From NCBI GenBank assembly GCA_052327205.1, contig CM126222.1, positions 51,026,001-51,090,000 of the forward strand: a stretch of 64,000 nucleotides of DNA. Reading direction: 5' to 3'. Below the pieces are notes generated by a model. It was not told the origin of the DNA. It did not search any database and was given only the letters and a program-made list of their open reading frames with translations. Source of the stretch: Somniosus microcephalus (taxonomy: Eukaryota). Shown in pieces: positions 13,071 to 25,668 of the stretch. Position 1 is the first letter of the stretch, and every line of letters begins with the position of its first letter. Made by a program: the position numbers and the translations under genes.

Positions 13071-13287
13071 AAACATTTAAAAAAATTAATAGATTGCATT
13101 TTTTCTAAAGCTCAAGAACGAGTGTGAAATAGACAACTAAATAATGAATTTGACGGCCATATAAAGCTTAATGACTTTCAACACACAAGTTATGCACCTG
13201 GAGGGCAAACTTTACCTTTAACTTTGATGAAAAGTACTTCTACATTTAACGGATTAAATCATTCCCCAAAGTAGCCACCATACTCAC

Positions 13288-13466
13288 CCAGTTCCTCCAG
13301 TGTATCATTGTATTTTAAGGCCATAGCCAGCTCTCCTACACCCTGGTGGTTGATCTGGTTATTGCGTAGGTCTAGATGTTTAAGGAATTTGTTGGTTCTC
13401 ACTCCCTCAGAGAATATGCAAAATCCTTCTTCCCACATTCCAAGAGCGTTCCATTCCAATATCAAA
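13288..13466 (-). CDS. LRRC45: LRRC45 coding exon 4
   Basis: LILEWNALGMWEEGFCIFSEGVRTNKFLKHLDLRNNQINHQGVGELAMALKYNDTLEEL, AG/GT flanks, 179 nt. Confidence 0.95.
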
Positions 13467-14265
13467 CTAGAAGGAATGACCACACTACTGTCTTAAACAA
13501 TAGTGACTGGACTTCAAAAGACCGTGCATCTGACACATATCAATTAAACATATCTAATTATCTAGCCTTTTCCAAGTAGGTATAAAGGGACTACCTTAAA
13601 GAAAGCAGTCTCTGCTTAGCTGAAGTTACATTTAACCTAGTGTGACCCTTTAAGCCCATAAAGTTTAAATGGACCAGAGCAGAAATTTTATTTTCCAACT
13701 GCTCCTTCCAAGGAAAATGCTGTAAATAGGTACATTGAGGTCAACTTCCATTATTGAGGGAAGTTAGTTTAAAAAAAACTTTTGAAAAAAAGTTACCCGA
13801 TCAGTTGTGATTTCTTAAATATGATATTTGGGCCAATAATATTGAAACATGACAATACACTTAACACATTCGGCATTGAGAAATGGTCTGTATATGTATT
13901 AATAGATATTCTGCAGAATTGATGGGGCTCATTTAATTCAGCTCGGGTCCATATTTTCCCAGCAGTAGCCGTATGCTGAATATTAACAGCAGAATGAAAG
14001 TTGCATTGAAGGATTAGTGTTTGCATTATAATTGATGCAAGTTTATCAAATAATAGTCAACAGTTCATCAATAGAAATGAAGGTCAGCATGTATTATAGT
14101 ACAAATAGAGGATATGAGATGAGAAGCCATGAAATAGAAGTTAAATCAAAGGGGAGGGCTGATCTGGTATGCAAGTGATTCAAATTAATTTGATAAAAAA
14201 GTGATTTTTAGAAACTACATAGTTCTGGTTCTGGTGATATCACACGACACCTTTCTTCCTCAGTA

Positions 14266-14595
14266 CAGGAAACTTTCGTTTAACCGGAGGTTAAATGTCC
14301 GGAAAGCTCTATCTACTGGCAAAATTCAGGAGCCGTTTCCTATAAGTTTTTTTACTTCTCGTTGCTTTTTTTTTCCCCCAGTCAGGCTCTGCAAGGTCTA
14401 GCTGAAGCTGTTGCTTAGCTACAGAGACGCTTTTAAGCTGCGGCCGACTGTTTTGAAGCTGAGCAACAGGGTTTGTTGATTCACACGGAGTTCAAAAGCT
14501 CCGTATGTTTTAACATTAGCGCTGGTTTCTACGGCAGTTTTGATGGTACGGCACCAGCTCGGTCCCGTCAGTGCCGGATACCAGAAAGTTTCCTG
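14266..14595. mobile_element. Tc1/mariner MITE, copy 2 (opposite orientation to copy 1)
   Basis: CAGGAAACTTT...AAAGTTTCCTG, TA TSD. Confidence 0.85.
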
Positions 14596-14636
14596 TACAA
14601 TGAATTCTCATTGCCACAGGATCTGAAAAGTATGTA

Positions 14637-15564
14637 ACATAGAAGATAGGAGCAGGAGTAGGCCATTCGGCCCTTCGAGCCTGCTCCGCCATTCAATGAG
14701 ATCATGGCTGATCATCCAAATTCAGTACCCTGTCCCTGCCTTCTCCCCATATCCCTTTAGCCTTAAGAAATATATCCAACTCTTTCTTGAATATATTTAA
14801 TGAACTGGCCTCCACCGCCCTCTGTGGCAGAGAATTCCACAGGTTCACCACTCGGTGAAGAAATTCCTCCTCATTTCAGTCTTAAATGGCTTACCCCTTA
14901 TCCTTAGACTATGACCCCTGGTTCTGGACTCCCCGGCCATCAGAAACATCCTTCCTGCATCTAGTCTGTCCAGGCCTGACAGAATTTTATAGGTTTCGAT
15001 GAGATCCCTCTCAATCTTCTAAACTCCAGTGAGTCTAAGCCCAATCGACACAATCTCTCCTCATACGTCATTCCTGCCATCCCAGGTATCAGCCTGGTGA
15101 ATCTTCGCTGCACTCCCTCCATGGCAAGAACGTCCTTCCTCAGGTAAGGCGACCAAAACTGCACACAATACTCAAGGTGTGGTCTCACCAAGGCCCTGTA
15201 CAACTGTAGCAAGACATCCTTGTTCCTGTACTCGAACCCTCTTGCTACGAAGGCCAACATACCATTTGCCTTCTTAACCGCCTGCTGCACCTGCATGCTT
15301 ACCTTCAGCGACTGGTGCACAAGAACACCCAAGTCTCTTTGCACTTCCCCTTCTCCCAATCTATTGCCATTCAAATAATAATCTGCCTTCCTGTTTTTGC
15401 CACCAAAGTGGATAACCTCACATTTATCCACATTATAGTGCATTTGCCATGTTTCTGCCCAATCACCCAACCTGTCCAAATCGTACTGGAGTTTCACAAC
15501 ATCCTCCTCACAGCTTACCCTCCCACCCAGCTTTGTGTCGTCTGCAAATTTGGAGATATTACAT
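14637..15564 (-). mobile_element. 5'-truncated CR1 LINE, same subfamily as 9663-13070
   Basis: ORF 14961-15497 nearly identical to ORFs 12040-12977. Confidence 0.95.
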
Positions 15565-15833
15565 GTACATTAGCAATTACATGTTACACAATGAAAGAGA
15601 AAGCCTGATTCATACCGTGCCTAACTTGCATTTCATGAAACAAAACCTGGGCCTAGCTGGGTCAGATAACTTGCACTGTACTTGTACTGGGGAAGGGAAA
15701 GGACTTCATCAAAACTGGATTGGACTGGTCAAAAGGAAAACACCAGATGCTGATTTGCACGCTGTCTTTCACACAAGCACTTACAATTTGAAAGCCACCT
15801 GTTTAGCTGCTGATCTGAAGGAGCCATTCTTAC

Positions 15834-15904
15834 CTCTTGAGAGACTTGTTGTGTCGCAGCAGCTTTCCCAGTGCTTCAGCGCCAGCTGCTCGCAGGTTAT
15901 TACC
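15834..15904 (-). CDS. LRRC45: LRRC45 coding exon 3
   Basis: GNNLRAAGAEALGKLLRHNKSLK(S)|gtaag; 71 nt, near-identical to human GNNLRAAGAEALGKLL. Confidence 0.95.
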
Positions 15905-16960
15905 CTTAGACACAAAATTGCAGAGTAAAGCTCCTAACTGAATATTGGGCGACAAGATTACCATTATTTAGGCCAAAAATAATTTCCGTAACACACAGGC
16001 ATAATATGCAGTGTTACAGAAGTGAAGGTTAAGAAAGGATGCACCATTAAATCAGCATTATCAGTAAATTTGTTTCTCAAAACTCATACCGTGGAACAGC
16101 TTACTTATGTTGCTTTCAATAACATGTCAAATCTTGTTTTCATCCCTATACTGTTATTTTGAAGTGTCATCATAGATCAGAGTAAAGTACAAGTTTAATA
16201 CATGTTACAAATAAAAATGTAACGATCAGAAGTGGCAAGCAGACTTAGAATTTTTGAAGAATTTTGTACGAGATGAGCTCAGAGCCAATGAACAAAGTGC
16301 TTTTTGATTGGTTCTTTGGTAATTTGAGCCAATCAGTAAATTATGATGCACTATATGCAAGGCTTTGTATATTCTAATTCAGCAGAAACTGTTGTTCATT
16401 GTGGTGATTACATTTTAAGTTCAACAAGAATGGTACAGCAAATGCTATTAACTTGGATGTAAAGGAATTATAGCATGGAAAATTGCATGATGTAAAAGTA
16501 AAACAATGAAAATTGAAAGGAAAACTAAAGATATTTATTTCACAAAATAAAGGGTATCTACAACAGGTTTGTCCCATTCAGGAGGAAGAATATGCAAATA
16601 GGCAAAAAGTAGATAGATTCTAAGTTTTCCCATCACAAAACTTTTATAACTCACTAAAATTACAGATCATAGAATAACTAACCTACTTTATTCTTCTCCA
16701 TTGTGTTCCATTTAGTTGTACACTTCATAACTTTGTATCACAAAAAAACTTTATTTTTTGTTAATGTGGTGTAAAAAGAATATAAATTTGAGAAGCTGGG
16801 ATAAGAAACTGAAACGATCGTGCTGATGACTTTCACAGTATGTCACTCAACTTCTAATCAGGGAATTAAAAAAAGAGTATTCATCCTCTTCCCCAAAGTG
16901 TGTTGCTACATTTCACTTTCTATTATCTTATCTCCCGAGTCCGGGGCCACTTACACTTAC

Positions 16961-17022
16961 CTTTATGTCTAAAGTTTGGATTGTGGTGTTTGTACACAGT
17001 CCGTACAACAGCAATTTGGCAC
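16961..17022 (-). CDS. LRRC45: LRRC45 coding exon 2
   Basis: ttcttag|GT GCC AAA... = (G)AKLLLYGLCTNTTIQTLDIK|gtaag; 62 nt, frame consistent with neighbours. Confidence 0.93.
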
Positions 17023-18109
17023 CTAAGAAAGCAAAAAAAAATTAAGGTTTTGTACAAAGATACTTAGTACTGCTATTAGAGGTCTACAAAGGGCAAACAT
17101 CTGACAAATCTTTTAGATTATAAATCTATTCATTAATTATTCCCCATTTAATTATTCCCCATTTACTGTATATATCAATAATTTTGCAAAGCTATACAAT
17201 TAAAAAAAAAAGAAACAATATGTTCCCTTTTGTCTAGTCTTTATGGGCCATGTACCTCCTGCAGCTAAGAGGGCAGGCGGGTAAGCTAGCCACAGGCCAA
17301 AGCCATTGGCTACATAATGCAAGGACTGCGCATGGATACCTTGGGGTCAAAACTCTCTTCTGCTTTTCTTTCAGTATGAGGTACCTATTTTCCATTGGGC
17401 ACTTCACCATAGCAACACAGGTGAATAACTTAATGCAACAAAGGAAAGTTACCTATTCTAGTGCACTAAGCACTTCTGTAAAATTGAAAGCAGAAAATAC
17501 CAAAGAGAGAAACAAATGAAGGGCTGCAAATACTCAAACATAGAAAAGATGGATTCCAAAAAGTTAATCAAGTAACATTGATCCCACACTTTACAAGTAC
17601 TGCAGGCATAGGAGTTTGCATTTTATTTTTCAAAATTTATCTTGCTAATCTATATTCTAATTATACAAAATATGAAACTTAAATGATTTAAAGATTTTTT
17701 TTTATGCTCTCACTTTTACAGAACTGACTATACAGTTGGTAATCCAATGTAACAGGTCAGTGGAGAATTGGCCTCAAACAAGACAAGTGTCATGGTGCGA
17801 CCATGCATCTCCAAGAATGAACATAACCAGCATGGTGGCATGCTTGTGACATAAGCTTGCTGGAAAACATTGCTCTCAAGTTAGTAGTACTGGAATATAG
17901 GAACAGGAGTAGACCATTCAGCCCCTTGAGCCCATTCAATTAGACTGCAATGGATCTGTATCTCAACTCCATTTAGAAGTTGTTGGAGTAGGCCCAGTTT
18001 AAAAATAATTTTCTGATATTGATCTATGTTTTTGGCATATTTAGTTGAGCAATCATCAATTTCCTCTTGTATCATTTTGAAACATGGATTAGAAATGGCT
18101 AATAACTGA

Positions 18110-18595
18110 AGTTAGCTTTATTCAGTTGGTAGCACTCTCACCTCAGGGTCAGACGGTTGAGAGTTCAAACCCTACTCCAGGATTTGAGCTCAATCTTAGC
18201 TGGTACTCCAGTGCAATACTGAGGGAGTGCTGAATTGTCAATGTTGTCATTCTTAAATTGGGACATTAAACAGAGGCCTGTTCAGGTGGATGATAATTTT
18301 CAGCATTCTTCATCTAATGTAGCTATGAAGAATTACAGATCCCATGACACTTTTTGAAAAAGGCTGGTAAATTCTCCCAGTGTCCTGACCAGTACTTTTC
18401 CCTTAATGAATACCATGCAATAAAACAGATTAACGGATCTTTCATTTAATTATTGTTTGTGGGATCTTGCTGTGCACAAACTGACTGACATTTTTGCCCA
18501 TATGCAGTCACCTCACTTCAAACAAAGTGTGTGAAGCACTGAGATGTTGCTCACAGGTGTGATAAGGAGCTATATAAATGCAATCTTCCTTTTCC
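18110..18595 (+). mobile_element. DeuSINE (SacSINE1-like)
   Basis: tRNA-like head with GAGTTCAAACCC, same body as 6645-6970. Confidence 0.65.
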
Positions 18596-18876
18596 TTTCT
18601 AATAACTAATGCTTGTACTAAGTAATAAAAGTACATAAGAATAATATAAGCACATTTGTGACTAAATTAGGTGAAGAGCACAATAGATTACACAACCCAC
18701 TGAAATATTTCTAATTATTAATACAGATCATCTTGAACTTAACATGTTTAGTGTCTATGGACTGTATCTCAATATTGCAATATTTTTGTACAAATTTCCA
18801 GATTAGAAGGTTCATTTAATCTTGTCACAGGTGTTCTGCCCTCCCTGATCACATTATTAAGGGATCATTACCATAC

Positions 18877-19111
18877 CTTCTTCATTCAGCATGCAGTCAC
18901 AAAGCATTATCTCTGTGAACACTATGTCATTCATTAAAACCTTTCCCAGGACTGCACATGTGTCAACAGAGAGTGACTGTGTGGAGAGATCCAGCCTTTT
19001 CCTCACGTTCCCATCACAAGCATCGTGCAACTGATTCAGGACACATTCTTGTGGCTCAATACAAGTTTCTTTACAAAGGCGAAGGTAAGTTCTCTTGAAA
19101 TCATCCATCAT
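18877..19111 (-). CDS. LRRC45: LRRC45 first coding exon (exon acceptor at 19157, ATG at 19111 or 19108)
   Basis: Translates MMDDFKRTYLRLCKETCIEPQECVLNQL...LDLSTQSLSVDTCAVLGKVL...CMLNEEG, matching the LRRC45 N-terminus (human [27 protein letters not shown]). Donor G|GTATGG, phase 1. Confidence 0.95.
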
Positions 19112-19616
19112 TAAAATCTCAGTTAAACTTGCTCCAGTTATTCAATGTAACATTTTTCTGTGAAAAGGGCAACAAGCAAACATATTACCAGTGGGGTAGT
19201 CTGACATTACTACAATTATTTCCCTCTACTGCAGACCCTGTACCAACCCATGACTAAAGATAGACATTAACACAGTTCTCACATTACGGGGTAGAAACAA
19301 AAATGCAACTTGCCTGGGCAAGATAACATTCACATGCATTGCATGCTTCAACTGTTTTCAAGGAGGTAAAGATCCAACACAAGACTGCCTTCATTACCCA
19401 ACTTTAACTGTATATATATATATCGTCTCGACTGCCAGTGCTGTGGAACTTGCCCCACCTGTATTGTGGGGCAGATTGTATATGTGCAGTTGTTTAAAAT
19501 ATGCAGACTGTAACTTTCATTTCTAACCACTGGGCCTTCCCCAACGGCTGAGGAAGGTCCATAGAGCCTGGCAACTTCCAAACTTCATTGCTGGCCTGTA
19601 TAGATAGAATGAACAT

Positions 19617-19815
19617 TCAACAACTTACATTTATATACCGCATTTAACAGAAAAATGTCCCAAGGTGATCACAAAAAAGGATTCCAAGCTAAAGGAGGAG
19701 AAATTAGCAGGAGTGGCCAAAAGCTTATTCAAAGAGGGGAGTTTTAAGCAGGCTCTTAAAGGAGGAGAGGGGGGGGGCGTGGAAGGTTTAGGGAAGAAAT
19801 TTCAGAATGTGGGCT
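19617..19815 (-). mobile_element. L2-type 3' fragment
   Basis: Similar to 237-501. Confidence 0.6.
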
Positions 19816-19983
19816 AGATACGACCAGAAATAAGTGGCAATTTAGCCCCACAGAAAACAATCTCTTCAGGTGGATCAAAGCTCTTCCACGGGTAGTATTG
19901 CTGCAGTTGAAATGTGTTATCGGTTACACTGCTGTAGGTTAAATTCAACATTACTTTTCACCTTTTAAAGTAGAGTGTATGGT

Positions 19984-21646
19984 ACATAAGAACATAAGTA
20001 GGAGCAGGAGTAGGCCATACGACCCCTCGGGCCTGCTCCGCCATTCAATAGGATCATGGCTGATCCGAACTTAGACTCACGTCCACTTCCCTGCCCTCTC
20101 CCCGTAACCCCTTATTCCCTTATCAGCTAGGAAACTGTCTATCTCCGTTTTAAATTTATTTAATGTCGCAGCTTCCACAACTCTGAGGTAGCAAATTCCA
20201 TAGATTTACTACCCTCTGAGTGAAGAAGTTTCTGCTCATCTCAGTTTTGAAAGGGCAGCCCCTTATTTTAAGATTATGCCCCCTAGTTCTAGTCTCATCC
20301 ATCAGTGGAAACATCCTCCCCGCATCCACCCGATCAAGCCCCCTCACAATCTTATATGCTTCGATAAGATCACGCCTCATTCTTCTGAACTCCAATGAGT
20401 AGAGGCCCAACCTACTCAACCTTTCCTCATAAGTCAATCCCCTCATCTCCGGAATCAACCGAGTGAACCTTCTCTGAACTGCCTTGAGAGCAAGTATATC
20501 TTTTCTTAAATATGGAAACCAAAACTGTACGCAGTATTCCAGGTGTGGCCTCACCAGTACCCTGTATAACTGCAGCAAGACTTCCCTGCTTTTATACTCC
20601 ATCCCCCTTGCAATAAAAGCCAAGATCCCATTGGCCTTCCTGATCACCTGCTGTACCTGCATACTAACCTTCTGTGTTTCATGCACCAGGACCCCCAGAT
20701 CCCTTTGTACTGTAACACTTTGCAGTTTCTCTCCATTTAGATAATAACTTGCTCTTTGATTTTTTTCTGCCAAAGTGCATAACCTCACACTTTCCAACAT
20801 TATATTCCATCTGCCAAATTTTTGCCCACTCACCCAGCCTGTCTATGTCCTTTTGCAGGTTTTTTATGTCCTCCTCACTCACTGCTTTCCCTCCTATCTT
20901 TGTATCGTCGGCAAACTTGGATACGTTGCACTCAGTCCCTTCCTCCAAATCGTTAATATAGATTGTAAAGAGTTGGGGTCCCAGCACGGACCCCTGCGGA
21001 ACACCACTAGTTACTGATTGCCGACCCGAGAATGAACCATTTATCCCAACTCTCTGTTTTCTGTTAGATAGCCAATCTTCCACCCATGCCAGTATATTGC
21101 CCCCAATCCTGTGATTTTTTAATCTTGTGCAGTAATCTTTTGTGTGGCACCTCGTCAAATGCCTTTTGGAAGTCCAAATACACCACATCCACTGGTTCCC
21201 CTTTATCCACCCTGTTTGTTACGTCCTCAAAGAATTCGAGCAAATTTGTCAAACATAACTTCCCCTTCGTAAAACCATGCTGACTCTGTCCGATTAAATT
21301 ATGCTTATCCAAATGTCCTGTTACTGCTTCCTTAATAATGGACTCCAACATTTTACCAACCACATATGTTAGGCTAACTGGTCTATAGTTTCCAGCCTTT
21401 TGTCTGTCTCCCTTTTTAAATAAGGGTGTTACATTAGCAGTTTTCCAATCTGCTGGGACCTTTCCTGAATCCAGGGAGTTTTGGAAAATTACCACCAATG
21501 CATCCACAATCCCTACCGCTACTTCTCTCAAGACCCTAGGATGTAAGCCATCAGGTCCAGGGGATTTGTCCGCCTTTAGTCCCATTATCTTACCGAGTAC
21601 CACCTCCTTAGTGATTTTAATCGTGTTTAGCTCCTCCCCCCCTATA
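19984..21646 (-). mobile_element. 5'-truncated CR1 LINE (second subfamily)
   Basis: RT motifs in ORFs 20156-21603 (LDFQKAFD, GVPQGSVLGP, KFADD); tail repeat CATAAGAA. Confidence 0.95.
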
Positions 21647-22474
21647 GTACTTGACCTTAGTTTATAGCAAAGCTGCTAATATATAAATTTGACTAATGCT
21701 ATATTTTAAATTTAATTAAAAACAAAAATGTACCACCCACAACCTAGTGGAGCAATGCAACACATTACACCAAAAATTAGTATGGCACAAGTTTATTTCC
21801 TTAAATTTCTCATGTACTGATTTGATATCCTTATCCCTTGTAGCCAATAAATAGTAGTAACGAGAGGTTGAACACTTCTTCAGGGGGGTCAAATTGAATT
21901 TAAGTCAGTAGGTCAATTACTCCTGCCCATCTTTTGGATAGCTAGTTAGAGTGAGCTTAGTAGAGACCCAGGAACACAAAATATTTGCACCAGTGTCAGG
22001 GAATGGTGCATACCATAGTAAAATATAAAGAACAAATGTTCATTATCATGCCCCATACCAGCTTTTACCTCTGCAACCAAGTTACATTTCCATATTACCA
22101 CTTTATACATAGGTACAATCAAAATAGTAACCGTTAACTTATCTAACTGATCCTGGGTAAACATGTACTATCCTAAAATATTATATAAAATACATTTTTC
22201 CAAAACAACGATACATACATTCCACAACACGCCAGAGAAGATGAAATCTGATAAGATTCTAGGGTTAGCTCCTGTGTATTTCGCATACGCTGGACCAACT
22301 CGTATTACAGAGTAAACAACACGAGACTCAATGGGTTAAATTGTGTCGGTTGCATAAGGAGCTGATAACAGCGGCCTGGCCGGCGCCAAAAATGTCCAAA
22401 GCCAAACGAAATGGAGTGTGCCAGATAACTTTTAAATCGTGTAACAGAGAGGGGGGGGGAAGCATACGTGGCGG

Positions 22475-22610
22475 AGAAAAACGAAATACTGCGGGCGCTG
22501 AAAATCTGAAATAAAAGCAGAAAATGCTGGCAACACTCAGCAGGTCAGACAGCATCTGTGGAGAGAGGAACAGAGTTAACGTATCAGGTCGATGACCCTC
22601 CATCAGATCA
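22475..22610 (-). mobile_element. Penelope-like terminal (pLTR-type) fragment
   Basis: Shared with 47715-47914 and 24365-24455; contains a degenerate CTGATG...GA(A/T)ACGTT motif. Confidence 0.55.
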
Positions 22611-22899
22611 GAGAAAAGGGAAGAACTGTTAACAGGAAGCTCTCGAGTGCTTGGTAGAGAAAGTCGCTGTGTCAGAAGCAGCTGAGACACACACAAACCG
22701 GTAACACAAGCTGCACAACTTTACAACAGCACCTTAACCCCAAAGAATGACCACTAAAAACAACTTTACAACACAGCGTAAACGGCACACGAACCAAAGA
22801 ATTAACGAGTCCCAACACCAGAGCAACACAAACTCTCCAGTGACGGGAGAGGAGAACAAGATTGAAGCCTGGAGACCCATCGCAGGGCAGTCTTTTTAC

Positions 22900-24080
22900 C
22901 TTTAAACAACTGGTTCTAAACAGCCAGAATGCGGCGAGCAAGAGAGGGGTGAAGTTTCAGGAAGGCGTTGCCGGACAGGCAGTCTCAGCACGGCTCAGTG
23001 CAGGGATACAGGGTAGCCCGGCACTCTTGTCCATTACCCCTCGGTTACCTGGCATCAATTCACTAGTTACCGAGTTGTGTGTGAGGGAGGCGGGGGGGGG
23101 GAAGCTGTGGATAAACTGTCCAGCTGACATGAGCAAAGCTGCGTGTTTGTGATCAGGTTAAAGTACATTTGCTATACTGACTCCATTGTTTATCACTTAC
23201 ACACACTCTCCCCCAGCAGCAGCAGCGGCGACTCTCCCCGGCCCGGTGGCTCGAGCGCCGCGGCCGCCCCGTCTCCATGCAGCGGGGCATTGTGGGACGA
23301 GCAAGTACTCGGCCAATCCATGGGCGAGGGGGGTGGGGGGGGGGCAGGTGCCGTGTGCGCTCGCGCACCAAGCCTTCTGGGAGCTGTAGTCTCACTCGTC
23401 ATTGCCGGGGCCGCGCGTGGATTGGTCAGCGGACTACATTGACCGGCAGGCACTGCGCCCCCGGGCAGGTCATTCGGGGTCATAACCGAAAACTGGACTC
23501 CCAACAGAAAGAGGCAGAGCGCCATCCTCAGCGCGAGGAACTGCAGCCGAGTGCGCGGAAGGGGCTGACATTTTGCTCCTTCGAACGAAATATGAGTAAG
23601 TTGCAACGAAGTTGTGAGAAAAAGCACCGTTTTTTAAAAAAATATACGAAATGGTAGGAACACACAAGCATTTCAAGATGCAAATTGTGAGAATGCGCTT
23701 TGGTTAGCGGTAACTCGAAATATCAGCCAGCCGTGCTGCACTTGCAGTGATTGTTTCGCTTTTTTTTTTATTTCACTGAAGCACTTAACAGGTCACTTAA
23801 CCCCCACCCCCCAAGTAAAGTTTATTTTAAAAAAAAACTTTTTTTTTTGAGAAGCACGAAAATGGCAGACAGGAGAATCCGCAAGGCTCGTTTCAGCAGC
23901 CGCGACCTGTGTGTCCTGGTGGACGCGGTCATGGAGAGACGGGAGGATATCTTCGGCAGGGGAGGCGAGCCGCCCGACATGCAGAGGAGGCGCGATGCAT
24001 GGCAGGACGTTACAGACCGAGTCAATGCCGTTTCCGGGACTCGCAGGACCTGGGAGGAAGTCCGCAAGAAGGTCCACGAC
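22900..24080. promoter_or_regulatory. CpG island / putative bidirectional promoter
   Basis: GC/CpG-rich. TGGGAGCTGTAGT at 23378-23390 (ACTACAnnTCCCA ZNF143/THAP11-type motif), divergent CCAAT (~23313) and ATTGG (~23421), NRF1-like GTGCGCTCGCGCAC at 23355-23368, G-rich boxes. Lies between two divergent genes. Confidence 0.8.
23201..23330 (-). other. LRRC45: Probable non-coding first exon of LRRC45 (5' boundary approximate)
   Basis: Minus-strand donor GT|GTAAGTGA at 23200/23201 inside the CpG island. The ATG exon has its own acceptor at 19157, so an upstream UTR exon is required. Confidence 0.55.
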
Positions 24081-24098
24081 TTAAAAAAAAGCACAAAG
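23862..24098 (+). CDS. Myb/SANT-like (Harbinger-type trihelix) DNA-binding protein, coding exon 1
   Basis: Kozak AAAATGG. MADRRIRKARFSSRDLCVLVDAVMERREDIFG...RRRDAWQDVTDRVNAVSGTRRTWEEVRKKVHDLKKSTK|gtaagg shows the RF..E/D..L, W..V/I...VN and RT..EV.KK..DLK pattern of NAIF1/MSANTD/MYPOP-type domains. Confidence 0.88.
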
Positions 24099-24579
24099 GT
24101 AAGGTAGGCATGCATAGCCCTTGTCAGATAAGGAGCAAGCATTGCCAGGGAAAGTTGCAACAATTAGAAATGCAAACCCCCCCCCCCCCCCCCAAAAGCT
24201 CTGTAGTGATCAGAGAAATGTTAGCAACAAGCATTAAGAATAAGGATTAAGGAATAAGAATTGAGCATTAAGAATATCACCATCTCGTCTCGTTTTGAAT
24301 AATGTCTCTTCACTTCTTTTGTTCTGTCCCAGCCCTGCCTTTAGATCTATTTCATTTCCTTTCCAGTTTTGAAAAAGGGTTAGACCCGAAACGTCGACTA
24401 ATTTCTCTCCACGGATGTTGCCTGGCCTGCTGAGTTTTTCCAGCATTTTCTGTTGTTAAGAATAAGGGTTTATACAAGTTTCATTATTCATTGCTATGAC
24501 AGGAGCATGCATCTACTGCAGCAAGGCAGTTTCTTAGGTCAATTTACTGTCTTAGACCGCTATACTCTTACTTTTGAAG

Positions 24580-24742
24580 GAAAAACTCGCTTATAATAGA
24601 AGATCATGGCAGGCAGCGGGTGGTGGTCCCCCAGATGTCAAAACGTTGACGGAATTTGAAAATGATATGATCGTTGTGTTTGGAAAGGAGAGTCTTGAAG
24701 GCCTTCGACCTGTGGATATTGGTACAATGCCAAGACATATTC
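24580..24742 (+). CDS. Myb/SANT-like protein, coding exon 2
   Basis: ttttgaag|EKLAYNRRSWQAAGGGPPDVKTLTEFENDMIVVFGKESLEGLRPVDIGTMPRHI|gtaagt. The GGGPP...LT..E motif typically follows Harbinger Myb domains. Phase 0 to phase 1. Confidence 0.85.
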
Positions 24743-24895
24743 GTAAGTAATATATTATTCAGGTATTCTGTTATTTGCACAAAATATTAAATGAACATGT
24801 CCATACAAGCAGGTTATTTTGTATGAATGACAGTGCAGCACCCAAATGGATGTGTGCTTATGCACTCATAATGTATGCTTTTTCCCTTTTCAAAG

Positions 24896-25668
24896 CACAA
24901 AGAGAGCACAGTGGACTGCATGTTGCATCAGCAGAAGAGCAACATACACCTGAATGCCAATTGTCACCGGTCCCATTTGAAGCAGGCACCAGCACAGAAA
25001 CACCTCTGGTTAGAGGTATAAAGGATGAGAATCAGGAAACACCAAGTGAGTCACTGAGCACTAGTGAAGAATGGGAGGAAGTGGTGGTGGGTGATGAGGG
25101 GACAACTGTTGAAGCATGGAGACCCAGCATGGTAGGTGCCCCTCCTGGGCTGGATGCAGTTACAGACCTTAATGGGCCTGCTTTCAAACGGAGGCTGTTA
25201 GAACATGGGGTCCGTGTTGAGCAGTCACTTGCCTTCATGCACACCACTTTGGAAGATGGGATGGTTAGGTTGGACCAGCGGTTGTCCTCATTGCACTCTG
25301 CCATTGAGCAGATGGCAACACCAGTGGCATCTGCAGTAGAAACCTCACTTATGCAAGCTGTAGGCACAGCAGGAGCATCTCTTATGAATGCTCATTGTGT
25401 TGCTATGGAAGCTTTGGGATCAAAACTTAAAGAAGCAGTCATGGCTGGTTTTGATTCACTAGGAGAACGGTTACATGTAACCATGACAGAGGGATTCAAA
25501 AATCTCATTGAAGCACAATGTTCTACACTTACACAGATGATTGCGTATTGTGAGGAGATGCCCTCCACCAGTGGCATGAGTCAAGTTCAGGCAGTTGACA
25601 CTCATGTCAGTACTAGTTCTGTGCCACCACACATCTCTGCACAAGTAACAGGGAGGGTAGTAATTTGA
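24896..25668 (+). CDS. Myb/SANT-like protein, terminal coding exon (acidic linker plus helical C-terminus)
   Basis: ttttcaaag|CA CAA AGA... restores the frame of the 297-aa ORF 24775-25668. Stop TGA followed by AATAAA at 25674-25679. Spliced CDS 1173 nt = 390 aa. Confidence 0.8.

Noticed and set aside
10099-13099. Long antisense ORFs over CR1 copies
   Set aside because: Shadow frames of LINE ORF2, repeated in each copy.
22860-23750. Searched for CENPX exon 1; several overlapping 60-144 aa ORFs in the CpG island
   Set aside because: No histone-fold CENPX sequence. The ORFs are low-complexity products of high GC content.
23751-23861. N-terminal extension of ORF 23751-24107
   Set aside because: Starts at a non-ATG codon and crosses poly(A)/poly(T) runs. 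The ATG at 23862 has a strong Kozak and directly precedes the domain.
24775-24895. First 40 codons of the 297-aa ORF as coding sequence
   Set aside because: Lies in intron 2, between the GTAAGT donor at 24743 and the polypyrimidine/AG acceptor at 24895.
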